Origin: Octopus sinensis
Taxonomy: Eukaryota
Reading direction: 5' to 3'
Assembly (NCBI RefSeq): GCF_006345805.1
Contig: NC_042999.1
Coordinates: 37,820,001-37,884,000, forward strand
DNA length: 64,000 bases
This document shows positions 12,367 to 25,234 of this stretch, piece after piece. Each line of letters opens with the position of its first letter. Position 1 is the first letter of the stretch. The position numbers and the translations under genes were made by a program. Below the pieces are notes generated by a model that was not told the DNA's origin, searched no databases, and saw only the letters and a program-made list of their open reading frames with translations.

Positions 12367-12858
12367 TACACACATATATATATATACATATATATATACA
12401 TACATATATACACACACATATATATACATACATATGTATATCTATATATATGCATATATAAATGTATGTACGTATACGTGCATATGTATTAGTATATATA
12501 TTACATATATATATACATACATATATACACACACATATATATACATACATATGTATATCTATATATATGCATATATAAATGTATGTACGTATACGTGCAT
12601 ATGTATTAGTATATATATACATATATATTCATATATATTTTACATATAAATATATGTATGAATGTGCGTATGCATATATATATATACATAGATACACATA
12701 CATACATATATATATACATATATATATATATACATATATATATGTATGTATATATAAATATATATATATATATATATAAATAACTTTTACTCGCTATCTC
12801 TCTATCTATCTACCTATCACTTTCTCTCTTTATATACATAGGTTTTACTCGCTTCCTC

Positions 12859-12915
<57 letters not shown>
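12130..12915. repeat. Long (TA)n/(TACA)n region with an internal ~118-bp duplication
   Basis: Seen directly; tatgcatatataaatgtatgtacgtatacgtgcatatgtattag occurs twice. Confidence 0.9.
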
Positions 12916-12918
<3 letters not shown>

Positions 12919-13799
12919 GAATAAAAGCCTAATTAATGGAAACGAATGATCGCATAGGACAATTTATAGATATATGTCTGAAAAATAAATAGATAGGTTG
13001 ATAGGTAACAAACATGTAGAGATATTAAGTGAGTAGGTAGGAGTTAGCTTGGTTTATAAGCACATAGGTAGATAAGTATGAAGTTACAGAGTATATATAT
13101 ATATATATATATTTAGATCTCTATATATATACGTGCAAATATATATATGTGTGTGTGCGTGCGTGTGTGTAGGTAGATTGAGTGATATGTAGATAGGATG
13201 TTACGATATGTACCTATTTATTGATGCAGAATATTGCCATTAGAATGCAACGGTAGATATGGTTCGGAACATGTTGATATTTCCGTTAAATATAACTTAG
13301 AATCTACAGGAAATATGAAAGCATATAATATTTGCATTAGGCTCTGACTTCGGAAGAATATTTGTATGGTTTAAAGCGGAAAATGATACAAACGACGAAT
13401 ATTATATAAATACAATGAAATTCCATTTGTAGCATCTGCAAAAATAATAGGTAATGCATGGTCGAAAGCAATAAAATAGAATAATGGAAATATATTTGCA
13501 GTTTACTTGAGAGCGAATATCTTGATATATTGATTTCTCACATCGACTAATGTTAAACAATTACATGGAAGCACTGTGTTAGATTACACCGACCAGAATA
13601 TATTACTGGTCCTTACTTTATGAACCTCAGAACGATAAATGGTGATATTAATCTCAGAGGTATTTGAAGTAATCTTGTCATATTAAATGGAAATTCGTGG
13701 TGCAATGGCATGAAATCTTAGCAAAAGAATCATAGAAAAGTTAGTTCTAATATATCTCCATTTATGAAAATAAAACTGTTACAATATTAACGATAGAAA

Positions 13800-14540
13800 A
13801 TTGGTTTCAAATTTTGGCATAACGCCAGTAAATTCGGGGGTGAATAAGTCGATTTCATCGACTTAAGTGTTCAGTTGGCATTTATCTTATCGACCCCTAG
13901 TGGATAATAGGTGAAGTTAACCCCAACGGCACTTGAACTCAGAGTGTTGGTTGGCATCCTTTCTGTCTCGGGAGACAATGGAGTTGCGCATAAAGTAGTC
14001 TAGTCCGGCTTTTATATTTCATGTCCTGATACATTTCCTGCTGTGGCTGTGTAGTCCTATCCTGGACAAACACTCCCTCTGGCAGGTACGGCAAATGTAG
14101 CGAAGACTGTTCCTGGCTGGTTGTAATGCCATAGTCTCTTGTTGATGTCTCTTCTTTTCTTTCCATTTCTCCTCTCTCTCTCTGTCACTCCTTTGTATTC
14201 CCTCTTTTACGGTACGTCGCCATTCTCCACGGTTGCCGGCAACTGCCTCCCAACCGCTAATATTGATGTTGCAGGCCTTCATGTCCCTTTTGCAAACATC
14301 CTTGCAAAGATCGGTCTACCCACAGACCTAGTACCCCTAGCAAGCTCTCCGTAGAGTATGTCCTTGGGGATTCTGCCATCTTTCATACGGTCAACATGCC
14401 CAAGCCATCTCATACGTCTTTGTGTGAGGAGTGCAAACATGCTTGGTATTCCTGCTTGCCTGAAGACATCTTTGTTGTAAAGTGGGAAAAAATACCGCTA
14501 AGCATTTTCCCGGCGCGGTAACAACTCTGCCAGCTCGACG
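13800..14540 (-). mobile_element. SINE family C split by an RTE insertion
   Basis: Tail and body at 13800-13943 (...gaactcagag); head resumes at ~14477-14540 (aaataccgctaagcattttcccggcgcggtaacaactctgccagctcg). Confidence 0.7.
13944..14476 (-). pseudogene. 5'-truncated RTE-clade LINE 3' fragment
   Basis: Translates ...QRRMRWLGHVDRMKDGRIPKDILYGELARGTRSVGRP... then WEAVAGNRGEWRRTV...YICRTCQRECLSRIGLHSHSRKC*, typical of RTE/BovB C-termini. Confidence 0.88.
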
Positions 14541-14621
14541 ACATATATTAAGGTTAAAATATTAAGATCTTGTTTCATATGAAAAATAATACATACTACT
14601 GTTTATTATTACAAATTCTAA

Positions 14622-14790
14622 AGTGGCGAGCTAGCAGAATCGTTAGCACACAGAGCAAATAAGCTTAGCGGCATTTCGTCCATCTTTAAAAGTTTTGAGT
14701 TCAAATTTCGCTGAATTCGACAAAGCCTTTTATTCTTTTGGGGTCGCTGGAATATGTACCAGTTGATGTAATCACTTCCTTTAATTCCTC
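14622..14790 (+). mobile_element. SINE family C, degenerate
   Basis: gtggcgagctagcagaatcgttagcac...gagttcaaatt. Confidence 0.75.
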
Positions 14791-14829
14791 AAAACTGCTT
14801 GCATTTGAGGAAAATTAGAAAGAATTATA

Positions 14830-15054
14830 TTGGTTTGTCCGGAAAGTTCGTGCCGATTTATAGTAGCTTACCTTTCGACTTACCCTCCCAGGCATCTCAA
14901 TTCTGGGAAGAGGTTATTTTCAAGTTAAAGGAAAGATGGAGATGCATTGTGCAACAAAATGGTTCATATTTGCTTGATTAAAAATGTAATGGCAAGTATT
15001 TATTGACCTTTTACTTTCCTTTAAAAATCGGCACAAACTTTCCGGACAACCCAA
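14830..15054 (+). mobile_element. Internally deleted mariner (225 bp) with TIRs and TA duplication
   Basis: TA-ttggtttgtccggaaagttcgtgccgattt ... aaatcggcacaaactttccggacaacccaa-TA; internal FWEEVIFKLKERWRCIVQQNGSYL matches a mariner C-terminus. Confidence 0.9.
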
Positions 15055-15299
15055 TACACTGATATAAGCCGTCAGACAAAATACTTATAAAATCCCAAAT
15101 CCTAGGTATAATATGGGACGAGAGCGAGTTATCTGAGTAAATAAGGCACCGAATTTATAATTGAAATTTTCACGCACAAACACACATATTAAGGCAAATT
15201 TAAGAATGAAATAATTTTACCGTGGATGGTATTCGAATGCTCTATTTTTCAATTTCACAATTTCATGTTCAGTAAATTAATACATTCCTATTTGGGTAC

Positions 15300-16210
15300 C
15301 ATTAGTGGCACATCAAGACGGTAATCAATTTATTGCCATGTTCGCTGTAGCATAGCCTTATTAATGGTGGCAATGGCATCAATGGTCCTTTGCTTCAGGT
15401 CGTTGATCTTCCGTATCTTTGTTCAATACACGATGTCTTGAAAATAAGCCCATAGTAAAAAGTCCAGGGGAGTGATATCTGGGGAAAAAGGTGGCCAGTC
15501 TGGAAATGTTTGATTTAGGAACCCACGAACATGTAGTCCTGAATGTGGTGGTGCACCATCCCGATGGAAAATGATGGTTGGTTGATGGTCATCCAATTTT
15601 GGTGCCACATATTCAGTCAAAAGGTCAAGGTAAACATTTGCAGAAATTGGACCAATGATTCGATTCCACACCAGACATTCACCTTTGAACTATCTCGGTG
15701 AAGTTCCCTAGTTACATGGGAGTATTCCAATCCCCAGATCGTCACATTATGTGTATTTAGCTTCCCAGAAGCAAAAGGTTGCTTCATCACTGAAACAAAC
15801 TCGGATGAGGAATGTTGCATCCTCAGAAATTCGTTTCAGCATGATAACGACTAACTCTTTTCGTCATTGTTTATCATTTGTTTCCAGTGCCTGTACAAGG
15901 TGCATTTGGTAAGCATAATTAAGGCGGTGAGCTGGCAGAAGCGTTAGCACGCTGGGCGAAATGCTTCGCAGTATTTCGTCTGTCTCTACGTTCTGAGTTC
16001 AAATTCCGCCGAGGTTGACTTTGCCTTTCATCCTTTCGGGGTCGATTAAATAAGTACCGGATACGCACTGGGGTCGATGTAATCGACTGAATCTGTTTGT
16101 CTGTCCTTGTTTGTCCCCTCTGTGTTGAGCCCCTTGTGGGTAGTAAAGAAATAGGTAAGCATACAATCACAAGTTCTTGTGTAGAACTTTGTGTAGTGGT
16201 ACCTACAACT
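15300..16210 (-). pseudogene. Tc1/mariner-superfamily transposase relic interrupted by a SINE
   Basis: HKVLHKNL*LYAY | YAYQMHLVQAL...FSDEATF...NVTIWG...KVNVWCG...FHRDGAPPH...WPPFSPDITPLDFLLWAY catalytic motifs. Confidence 0.85.
15918..16153 (+). mobile_element. SINE family C, full length, 10-bp TSD
   Basis: ggtaagcata at 15908-15917 and 16154-16163; contains ctttcatcctttcggggtcgat...agtacc (Deu/Nin-like). Confidence 0.92.
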
Positions 16211-16441
16211 GTCTGGCAGCAGTACGTATGGACTTTGTAGAAAAACTAGCAACAGGGTACCTGAAGAACACAAATATAATGCGATTAAAAGCTTTGATAA
16301 CCACTGATTACATAGAACAAATCTGATAAACATATCGCATCAATCGCATTTGTAATAAATTTTTCAAATTGTTAAAAGACTTTATACATATATATACATA
16401 CATATATATATATATACATAACGTATACACACACACACACG

Positions 16442-16477
<36 letters not shown>

Positions 16478-17296
16478 TCTCATATGTTTATATGTTTTAT
16501 ATACCAAAAATGATTGAGCTAAGTTTGAGCTGCGTTTACATGTATCCTTCAGTCATTTCCTTTTTATCTAATTATTTATTGAAAAAATAAAAATATAAAA
16601 TAAAATTTCTTTTTCTCATTGCATTTCTATAGGAGGAACAAAACATAATTAGAAAGAACACATCAATCTGATAAAAAAATTGCTCGTGGTATTTGGTATA
16701 ATTTGTGTAAAGATGAGACATAGTACTGTAGTCATTGCAAAGATTACACAAGCGAACTATCGTAATTTGAGTATGAAAATACTCAAATAAAGATATAAAA
16801 AAAGCAACTAATAAATAAATAAATAAAAGTAAAAAGATAAATGAAATAAATAAAAGTTTTTAAGTTAAAGTTAAATTTCTTCCAGGTTCGCAGAAAAAAC
16901 TGAAAGTATTGAATAGACTTCCTTCAAAATATATGCTTCCATTAGTGCGTCAATTTCTATTGACCTACAACACAAGCGCCATATTTCTTGTCGAGCCTTT
17001 AGGCAAAACCTTTAGCTCTGCCTACATTGCATAAATATATTTAGTTGTTTTTTCATATATAATTTAGGAAAGACAATATTTTTTTCTTTTGCAATATAAC
17101 TTCCTTCCAAACACCATTGCGCTAACCTTGTATGATCTGCTATATGTATGATATTCTTTAGTATTTGTTTTTTCAGACTTTTTTTGGCATAACTTTACCC
17201 CACCCCAGCTCTGAACCGGTAAATTTACGATCCATGTTGTTTCAACTTCAATCATTTTACCTCATCTTTTCAGATATTATACACCTTGGTCTATAA

Positions 17297-17470
17297 AGGT
17301 TGTGAGCTGGCAAAACCGTTAGCACGCCGGACAAAAATCTTAGAGGCATATCGTCCACTTTTATATTCTCAGTTCAAATTTTACAGAAGTCGACTTTCCC
17401 TTTCAGCTTTTCGAGGTCGATAAAGTAAGCACTAGTAATCGACTTCCCTTACCTCAAAGTTGTGCCAACA
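17297..17470 (+). mobile_element. SINE family C, degenerate
   Basis: gagctggcaaaaccgttagcacgccgg...gtcgactttcccttt. Confidence 0.75.
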
Positions 17471-17622
17471 ACAGAAAGAATTATATATTTAAGCCATAGA
17501 GTTCACCGCATCATAAAAAATTCAAAATAATGTAATTTGAAGAAAATATAACTGCTATTTTTATTATGGTTTCAGGTTTTTTTGCAAAGATAAATATGAT
17601 ATTGATTTTGGTAATCAATATA

Positions 17623-17782
17623 GGCATAGGCGTGGCTCTGTGGTAAAGAGCTTGCTTTCTAACCACATATATCGGAGTTCAGCCCCACAGCACGGTACCT
17701 TGGGCAACTGTTGTCTACTATAACCTCGGATCGACCAAAGCCTAGTGAGTGGATTTGGTAGACGAAAACTGAAAGAAGCCTG

Positions 17783-17816
<34 letters not shown>

Positions 17817-17995
17817 AAGCCCGTCACACACACATACACACATACACACACACACATATATATATATATGCATATATGTAGCAGTTCGGCAGAAGAGACC
17901 GATATAATATGACCAGGGATCGATTTCTTTGAATACAAGGTGGTGCTCCAGTATGGCTCCAGTCAAATGAATAAAACAAGTAAAAGAATAAAAGT
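17623..17995 (+). mobile_element. SINE family A, degenerate
   Basis: Head ggcgtggctctgtggtaa...gagtggatttggtagacg, internal microsatellite, tail ...acaagtaaaagaataaaag. Confidence 0.8.
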
Positions 17996-18505
17996 ATATT
18001 AAAAAGATGTGCTATAATACTATTCCACAGCCATACCAATAATCTAACATACCTCTATCATCAGCTGCCCCACGGATATCATTATGGTTTCGACACCTGG
18101 GCAGTACTATTCAATCCGTCAGCGTCAACAGTATAAAATATTTGTTGTTTGGGAACAAATAAACCAAAGAAACCACAACTTTCAACACATTTGCCCTATG
18201 TACAACCGTATCGATGAATAAATTCAATAAGTAAATTACAACCACTCCTAAATACGTAACTAGAAAGCCACAACACTATTAAGTCATACAAAATTTATAA
18301 TCCCTACCGTCTTCCGTAGTATAATATAAAAGTAAAAACTTAATAACCGCATTATTTCAATCAATCAATTTATAGGCAGGATTAAACTCTAACTTTAATA
18401 AAACTACAGCAAAGAGACATATAAACCAATGTACATTGTATCGGTATTAATAGTAAACTGCAATAACTAAATTATATACTAAATTGCGATCAAGCTTTAA
18501 GTCCA

Positions 18506-18582
18506 TATAAATAATAATCCCACCGGTCTTCCATAGATACCCTAGTAGTAACTAAGGAAGACCGGTGGGATTATTATTTATA
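18506..18582. repeat. Perfect 27-bp inverted repeat with 23-nt spacer
   Basis: tataaataataatcccaccggtcttcc (18506-18532) / ggaagaccggtgggattattatttata (18556-18582). Confidence 0.95.
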
Positions 18583-18609
18583 ACAGATAACAGTAATAGC
18601 TAAATTAAT

Positions 18610-20968
18610 TCATAGTTTACATGGGAGGCTGAGCGAACAACTTCAGGACTGCCTTAATGGAGGAATAATACCAGATTGGATGACTAGAGCGGGGAAAATA
18701 CTCATTATGAAACATAACATTAAGAGTAATACAGATAGCAACCAATCACTGGCTCACCATTAGTATGGAAGCTGTTAACGGGAATGCTTTCAGAAAGCAT
18801 TTACGAGTAGCTTAACAACTAGAATTTACTACTCGAAAACAAAAAGGTTGTAGGAAGAAGGCTGGAGGAACGCATGCGACGGTCACCTAGAGCGTGACTA
18901 TCCAGCGTGGGCCGACCCGTAAGCTTACGGGTCTGATTCTTTCAACTTACGGGTCGGACCACGTCGCTGTTTTTACCCGGTGCATATCGCCACGCACTCC
19001 CGGCGACTGACGGCATCGATCGCGCCTACGTCCACGTGTACGTGGGCGACACCACCAGGTTCGCTTCAGCCTCACTAGATCGGGCGCGGTAACGCGGCGG
19101 AGCTGCGGGAGAAGGCGGGCGAAGGTTGCAGGAAGAAGGCTGGGGGATCTATTTTATATAGACAAAGCAGTTCTAAATGAAGTAAAAGCTAGAGAAAAAA
19201 GTCCAACAATAGCAAGGATAGATTACAGGAAAGCCTATGACGTGATCCCACACTCATGGATAAGTGAATGTTTGAGTATATTCAGAATAGCAGACTACAT
19301 AAAAGAATTTATTAGCTGTAGCATGAAGAAATGGAAAGTAGATTTAAACTCAGGTGACATACTCTTAGGGAAAGTTAATATCAACAGAGGAATTTTCCGG
19401 GGGAACTCCTTATCCCCTTTAATATTTGTCTTATGTTTGATCCTCCTCAGTTTAGTATTGAGGAAAGCATACGCAGCGATAGCAAGGGAAAAATTAACCA
19501 TTTCCTCTACATGAATGATCTGAAGCTTTGTAGTGAGAATGAATATGAGATAGATTCATTAATACATACTAAGACTCTTCAGCAAAGATATAGGCATGGA
19601 ATTTGGCATAGATAAGTGTGCAATATTAGTCAAGAAAACGAGATAGGTAGTCAGCAGCGAAGGCATCCAATTACCAGATAGCCAAACATTAAATTCATTG
19701 ACAGGAGGAGAGAGTTATAAGTATCTAGGAGTATTAGAATCTGACAGAATACTAACTACCGAAATAAAAATCGAAAATTGAGAAAGAAGGCTGTGGGAAC
19801 TAATGAAGTCAAAGCTAAATGGTCCGAATCTAATGAAGGCTGTAAATATCTGGCCTGTATCATTACTTAGATACTCAGCAGCTTTAGCATATTGGAAAAA
19901 ACTGAATTAGCAAAGCTAGACAGAAGACCTAGGAAGGAATTCAATATGAATGGAGGACTCCACCCAAGGGTAGGAGTAGCAAGATTATACCTACCTAGAA
20001 AAGAAGGCGGAAGAGGATTGATATCAGCAGAAGTCTGCGTGAAGTTAGCTAGAGTAGATATAGACTCCTATGTAGGTAATAGTGAAGAAAGTTTATTAAA
20101 AGCTTCTAGACTCACAGCAAGATATAGGGAAACCAAAACACCAAACGAAGTTAAAACCAGAAAAAAGAACAGAAGTCATCTGACCGGCAGGATAAGATGT
20201 TGCATGGTAGATTCCTAAAGATAGTTGCAGCGAATAATAATAGTGAGACATGGTCGCAGAAAGGAAAGCTGGGGAAGGAGACAAAAAGTTTGTTAGTGGC
20301 ACACAAGATCAAGCATTAAGGACTAATTGGATAAAAGCCAAGAAAGACAAAAACTAAGTAGATTCCCAATGTGGATAATGAAAATCAAAAGAGGAAAGTG
20401 TTACTCATATAGTAAATGAATGTAGCATACTGGCACAGAAAGAATACAAGAAAATACACGACAATCTAGGGAGATCATTCACTGGGAGCTATGTAGAAAG
20501 CTAGGATTTGAACATACTGATAAATGGTATGAACATGAGCTTTGTAAAGTATTAGAAAGTAAGAAATACAAGATGTTGTGGAACTTTAACATTCAGACTG
20601 ACAGAGTAATAGAAGCTAGAAGGCCTGATTTAGTAATAATAGATAAACAGAACAGAAAATGCCAGATAATTGCAAATTTTTCCCTAGCTATCTCTGAACC
20701 GATATCATGCCTTTGCCTTCCTCAATATTAAACTGAGGGGGATCAAACCGAATAATGATAAAATTAATATGAGAAGTGTAGAAAAATAGCAAAGTACTAG
20801 GACCTAGCTATTGAATTACAGAGACTGTAGAAAGTGCAAGTAAAATGTATACCAGTAATTATAGGTGCATCGGGAACTATCTCCAAAGATCCGAACAGAT
20901 GGATAGAGCAAATAAGCATGAAACCCAATTTAGTACAGCTCCAGAAAACAGTCTTATTAGGGACAGCT
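18610..20968 (+). pseudogene. R4/Dong-clade non-LTR retrotransposon relic (RT, CCHC, restriction-like endonuclease)
   Basis: IPDWMT...IDYRKAYDVIPHSWI...RGIFRGNSLSPLIF...NHFLYMNDLKL...IGMEFGIDKCA; RLYLPRKEGGRGL; ESVTHIVNEC...HDN...IHWELC; WNFNIQTDRVIEARRPDLVIIDK; IPVIIGASG...QKTVLLGTA; frameshifts and stops. Confidence 0.92.
18870..19121. other. CpG-rich 252-bp insert of unknown origin inside the R4 RT region
   Basis: Flanked by aaggttg(t/c)aggaagaaggctgg(a/g)gga at 18844-18869 and 19122-19147; composition differs sharply from the flanks. Confidence 0.85.
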
Positions 20969-22055
20969 TGACGGACCGATCGAGCGATGCTAAACGATTC
21001 TGACAAGTGGCAATTTACTTTAACCACCGAACAGATGTCGCTGTACATTGCAGCGATCCAGCCTCTGAAAACTGGACCGAAACCAGCTGCTGCGAGAACA
21101 GCCTCTAAGTATTGGTGGTCGACCCTATCAAAAGCTTTCGATTGATCTAAATTGATCAAGGCCCCACCTATGCCATGTTCCTTACCCACTCTCTCTATAA
21201 TGTAGTGCATGAGGTGGAGGATGTCGTATATAGTTCTGGTGCGGATAGCGCTTGTCTGTGCATCACCAGCTAACTTATCGACGACAAGCGCCAACCTCTT
21301 GGCTAACACATTGGCCAAAATCTGATAATCTGCACTCAGCAGAGTTATGGGCCTAAAGTTATCAATTTTGTCCCCCTTATTCAGGTCCTTCCTCACCAGG
21401 TCCACCACTCCACGGTTCACAGCACTGGGAATTCTCTCGTTCTGATGCCAGTCGTGGTATATGTCTTTGGCTGTTACCGGTATTTCGCAGAACTCCGCTT
21501 CTCTGGTTGAGAGGTGCGGCATGCCACTTAGATAGGAGATGAAATCCACCACCGTCCCAGAACCACCTCGCGCCCCATACATTTCGGCGAATTGTCGCTG
21601 AAATTGCGCATACATCTGCTTGGCTCGATTATCCTGCTCCCATCACAGCTCCCCAAAGACCGAATTGTTGCTTTGTTTCTACGTAGCGCCTCTGCCACCC
21701 GGGCGTCTCGAACGGCTTTCGTTCCCTCCCGTCTCAATGCACGCGCCCTAGGTCTGACATTGCAACCTTCATGATTGGCATTGAAGAACTGAACAAGAGC
21801 CAATCTCGCCGCTACCACGTCGGTCGCTATCCTCTCCTAAGCGTCTCTTCTAGCTTTCTAACTAAGCCTCTCTCTATTCTAGACTTCTCTAATGTTATTT
21901 CCTTACTTAGATATACCGCCTCTACTCCAATAGCCCTTTTCGGAGATATCCACCATCCGTTGTTGAAGATTACGCTCACCATCTCTCGATGGACAAACTT
22001 GCTGACACGGTCTCTGAAAGCTTGGCGCACCAGGAAGGACGCGTTCAGCTTCTAG
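20969..22055 (-). pseudogene. Tx1/L1-clade LINE ORF2 fragment (RT N-terminal part)
   Basis: ORF 20797-21615 contains DKIDNFRPITLLSADYQILANVLAKRL...LINLDQSKAFDRVDHQYL...SVRQ. Confidence 0.9.
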
Positions 22056-22240
22056 CAAATTCGGGGGCGAAGTAAGAAGATTCCATTGACCCCAGCACTC
22101 AACTGGTATTTATATTATCGACCTCGAAAGGATGGAAGGCAAAGTCAACCTTGGTGGAATTTAAACTCAGAACGTAAAAACAGACGAAATGCGGCTAAGC
22201 ATTTTTGTCGGCATGCTAAGGATACTGTCATCTCGCCGCG
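22055..22240 (-). mobile_element. SINE family C, degenerate
   Basis: tcgacctcgaaaggatggaaggcaaagtcaacc...aactcagaacg. Confidence 0.75.
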
Positions 22241-22241
22241 T

Positions 22242-22272
22242 TGATGATGATGATTATGATAATAATAATAAC

Positions 22273-22304
<32 letters not shown>

Positions 22305-22358
22305 CAACAATAATAATAATAATGATAATAATAATAATAACAATGATAGTAATGATAA
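22242..22358. repeat. (AAT)n/(AAC)n/(GAT)n microsatellite
   Basis: Seen directly. Confidence 0.95.
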
Positions 22359-23174
22359 AAATCTCTAGAATTTATTGTTAGAAATACTTTAAATGAGCCC
22401 CAAGTTTAAATATAAGATACAGAACTGGTTTCACTAACTCAACTGATGTACTGTTGTGTAGCAGTGAAGGCGATATAATGCTGTTAAATATATCCTTGTA
22501 AATCAACGTTTTATTCATAATTCTATAACCCCAGGTATTGACAGCTTCACCTCGTCTTCAAAATCTTATCGATAAATTATAAAATCTAAAATAAGAATAG
22601 ATAAAAGGGTTTCTAAATGATTCAAATACAAGAAAAGGCGATATCTTAACAGACTGTAGCTTCTATTGATAATTTGGAAATGGAATCTATAAATAAACTT
22701 ACTTATCTTCTGGCATTTCATTTCTTTTTTTGCGTTTATATTATATATTTATTATTTATTTATTTTTTTACAGAAATTGACCTGGCTGAAAGATACCACC
22801 ACATCTTCGATCATTCGAAAATAACTGAATCTAAAAATACTTAGAAATCTCTTGAAAACCTGCTGTTATAATATAATATGGTATTATATTCTGAACAAAA
22901 GTATATCAAATTAATGTGTTCATCTCGAAATATGGCTAATTCTCCAACTTCTCGTGCAGCCTGTCAGCATCAATATCAATGCATATTTTATATGCTCAAT
23001 AGGAATATACGAAATAGCCATCTGTGAAAAATACATTTAGCATTTATGGAAATGTATTCTGCTTTCTAAAGAGTAATGTTTACTCTTTTTATCTGCAGTT
23101 TCATTGCATAAGTTCGACTTTCAACAGTTTTTCCCCCTTCTCTCTCTGTATATATATATATATATATATATATG

Positions 23175-23224
<50 letters not shown>

Positions 23225-23286
23225 TTCACATATGCTTACACACATATATATATATATGTGTGTATAGATATATATAGATATTTATG

Positions 23287-23317
<31 letters not shown>

Positions 23318-24509
23318 TGTATGTATGTATGTATGCATGTATGTATATATATATATATATATATTGCTTTTTTCCCCTCTTTTTTTTAAAATCTATATAT
23401 CTATATATCGATTTTTCGTATTCTATATGCGAAATAACAGACCAAGGAAGATAACGGCAGAAACTCTGCCACAGCGAAGAATCCAACCGGTAAATGTGTA
23501 TGTGTTTCTTTTGATTTTGAGAAAAAAAAAAAGAAGAATTTTATAAATAATATCATCCTTGTCTTTGTCATCATTATTGTTTAGGAACACGCCAGTCCTA
23601 TGATAAAATATGTACTGTCGTCTATTTTCCATTAGATTCACTTAATCTCTCTAATAGTAAACTAGCCTATTAAGAATAGTAAACTAGCCAATTAAGACTC
23701 ATTTGATACAGTAAAATGTAATTTGAAACCGTTTTTTGCTGATATTTCTGCATATAAGCTAATTAGTTAGAAGCTATTCCACTGTATTTTGTGAATATGA
23801 GAAAACATTTTAGTAGGTGGTGTACACCTAGTTTTGTAATATCTGCATTTGATGAATGTGAAATCACTGGTAAATACAAAGACACTGTGAGTTTAAGAAG
23901 AAGATGACTGGGGGATCAGAAATTGGACAATGTACTGAAATAGAACAAATTAACCTGATATCAGAGTTATTTAATCTAAAGGCGCTACTATGTGTCTCTG
24001 TATATATAGAAATAACGAAAAATCAGTAGTAGATATGAAATATAAGCTACGAAAGACCTCATAACTGATATATTCTACTCTTTCTGTCCATCTGTCTGCT
24101 TGTCCATCTCTCTCGTTCTCATATACATATATGACCAATAAAATCACTCATAGATCGCTCCGGCACCTGGTATGTTTCCTGTCAATGCCTTTCCTAACGT
24201 TATCACAATGGACAGTACTATTCTGAGAAGAGTGGGCTCATACCATCTCCACTGAAGCATTCTCATCGCATTCACATCTCATCCCGTTGCTGCATCCACC
24301 TAACGAAACTACAGACTAATCATTACACCAAAATCTACGTTTCCAGAATGTCAAGTCATTGGATTACCTTGTGTGTTCATATCTTTTCACAAGTGTTGAA
24401 TTGCAAAGATTCAAGAGATCATAAACTGCATCCACTTCACTAGTCTTCGTGGGCCTGACGAGGCCATGGACATTGCATTTTCCTACAATCGAGCAAATAA
24501 TATACATGC

Positions 24510-24510
24510 A

Positions 24511-24606
<96 letters not shown>

Positions 24607-24655
24607 CATCCATCTATCCATCTATCCATCTATCTATCTATCTATCTATCTATCT
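24510..24655. repeat. (TATC)n microsatellite
   Basis: Seen directly. Confidence 0.95.
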
Positions 24656-25234
24656 TTTAGTTTGCATAATTTTGGACTACACATACATACACACAACTGT
24701 ATTGCACGCATCTGACTAGCTATTATAGAAACGCAGTGCAACCCATCATTCAGACACACACACTCACACACTCACACACACGCACACATCCATACACACA
24801 CACGCACCACAGAACAGAGATGTCAGCTGATAATACCATCTCTCCGAAGATTTCCACGGCGAAGTGTCTTAACTTGGAATATTGAAATAGAAGGTGGTAG
24901 TACTGGCCATCAACCTCAGTTATTTCCCATAACTTGCATTGCTTTGGACGTGTAAAAATTAAAACAAAGCACGCACACACACACACAGTAAGTTTCGGAA
25001 TTAGTATAAAAATGAAACAGAGAAAGAAACGACATTCACACAGAGGAAAAGACGTTGCTAATCCTTATCAGTTACCGCCAAATCCAAAAGATCCTTACAA
25101 TCTCACGCTTTTCACGATACCAGCGGCGAGAAACTGCTGGGAATAGCGAACGGACAAGGAACAGCGTCAAAAACAAACACAACAAAATGTGAACATACAA
25201 ATAAAATAAATCGAATATACTTTACTCGTACATA

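Noticed and set aside
12061-12779. Cluster of YI/HT-rich ORFs, and similar ones across the window
   Set aside because: Stop-poor microsatellite translations.
20797-21615. 272-aa ORF as an intact RT gene
   Set aside because: Truncated at VRQ before the catalytic YADD motif; the last ~55 aa are antisense read-through into the R4 relic.
22750-22845. Polypyrimidine tract plus CAG as a host exon acceptor
   Set aside because: Short open frames, no clear donor and no recognisable protein; similar weak sites near 37225, 41600 and 42337 are also unsupported.
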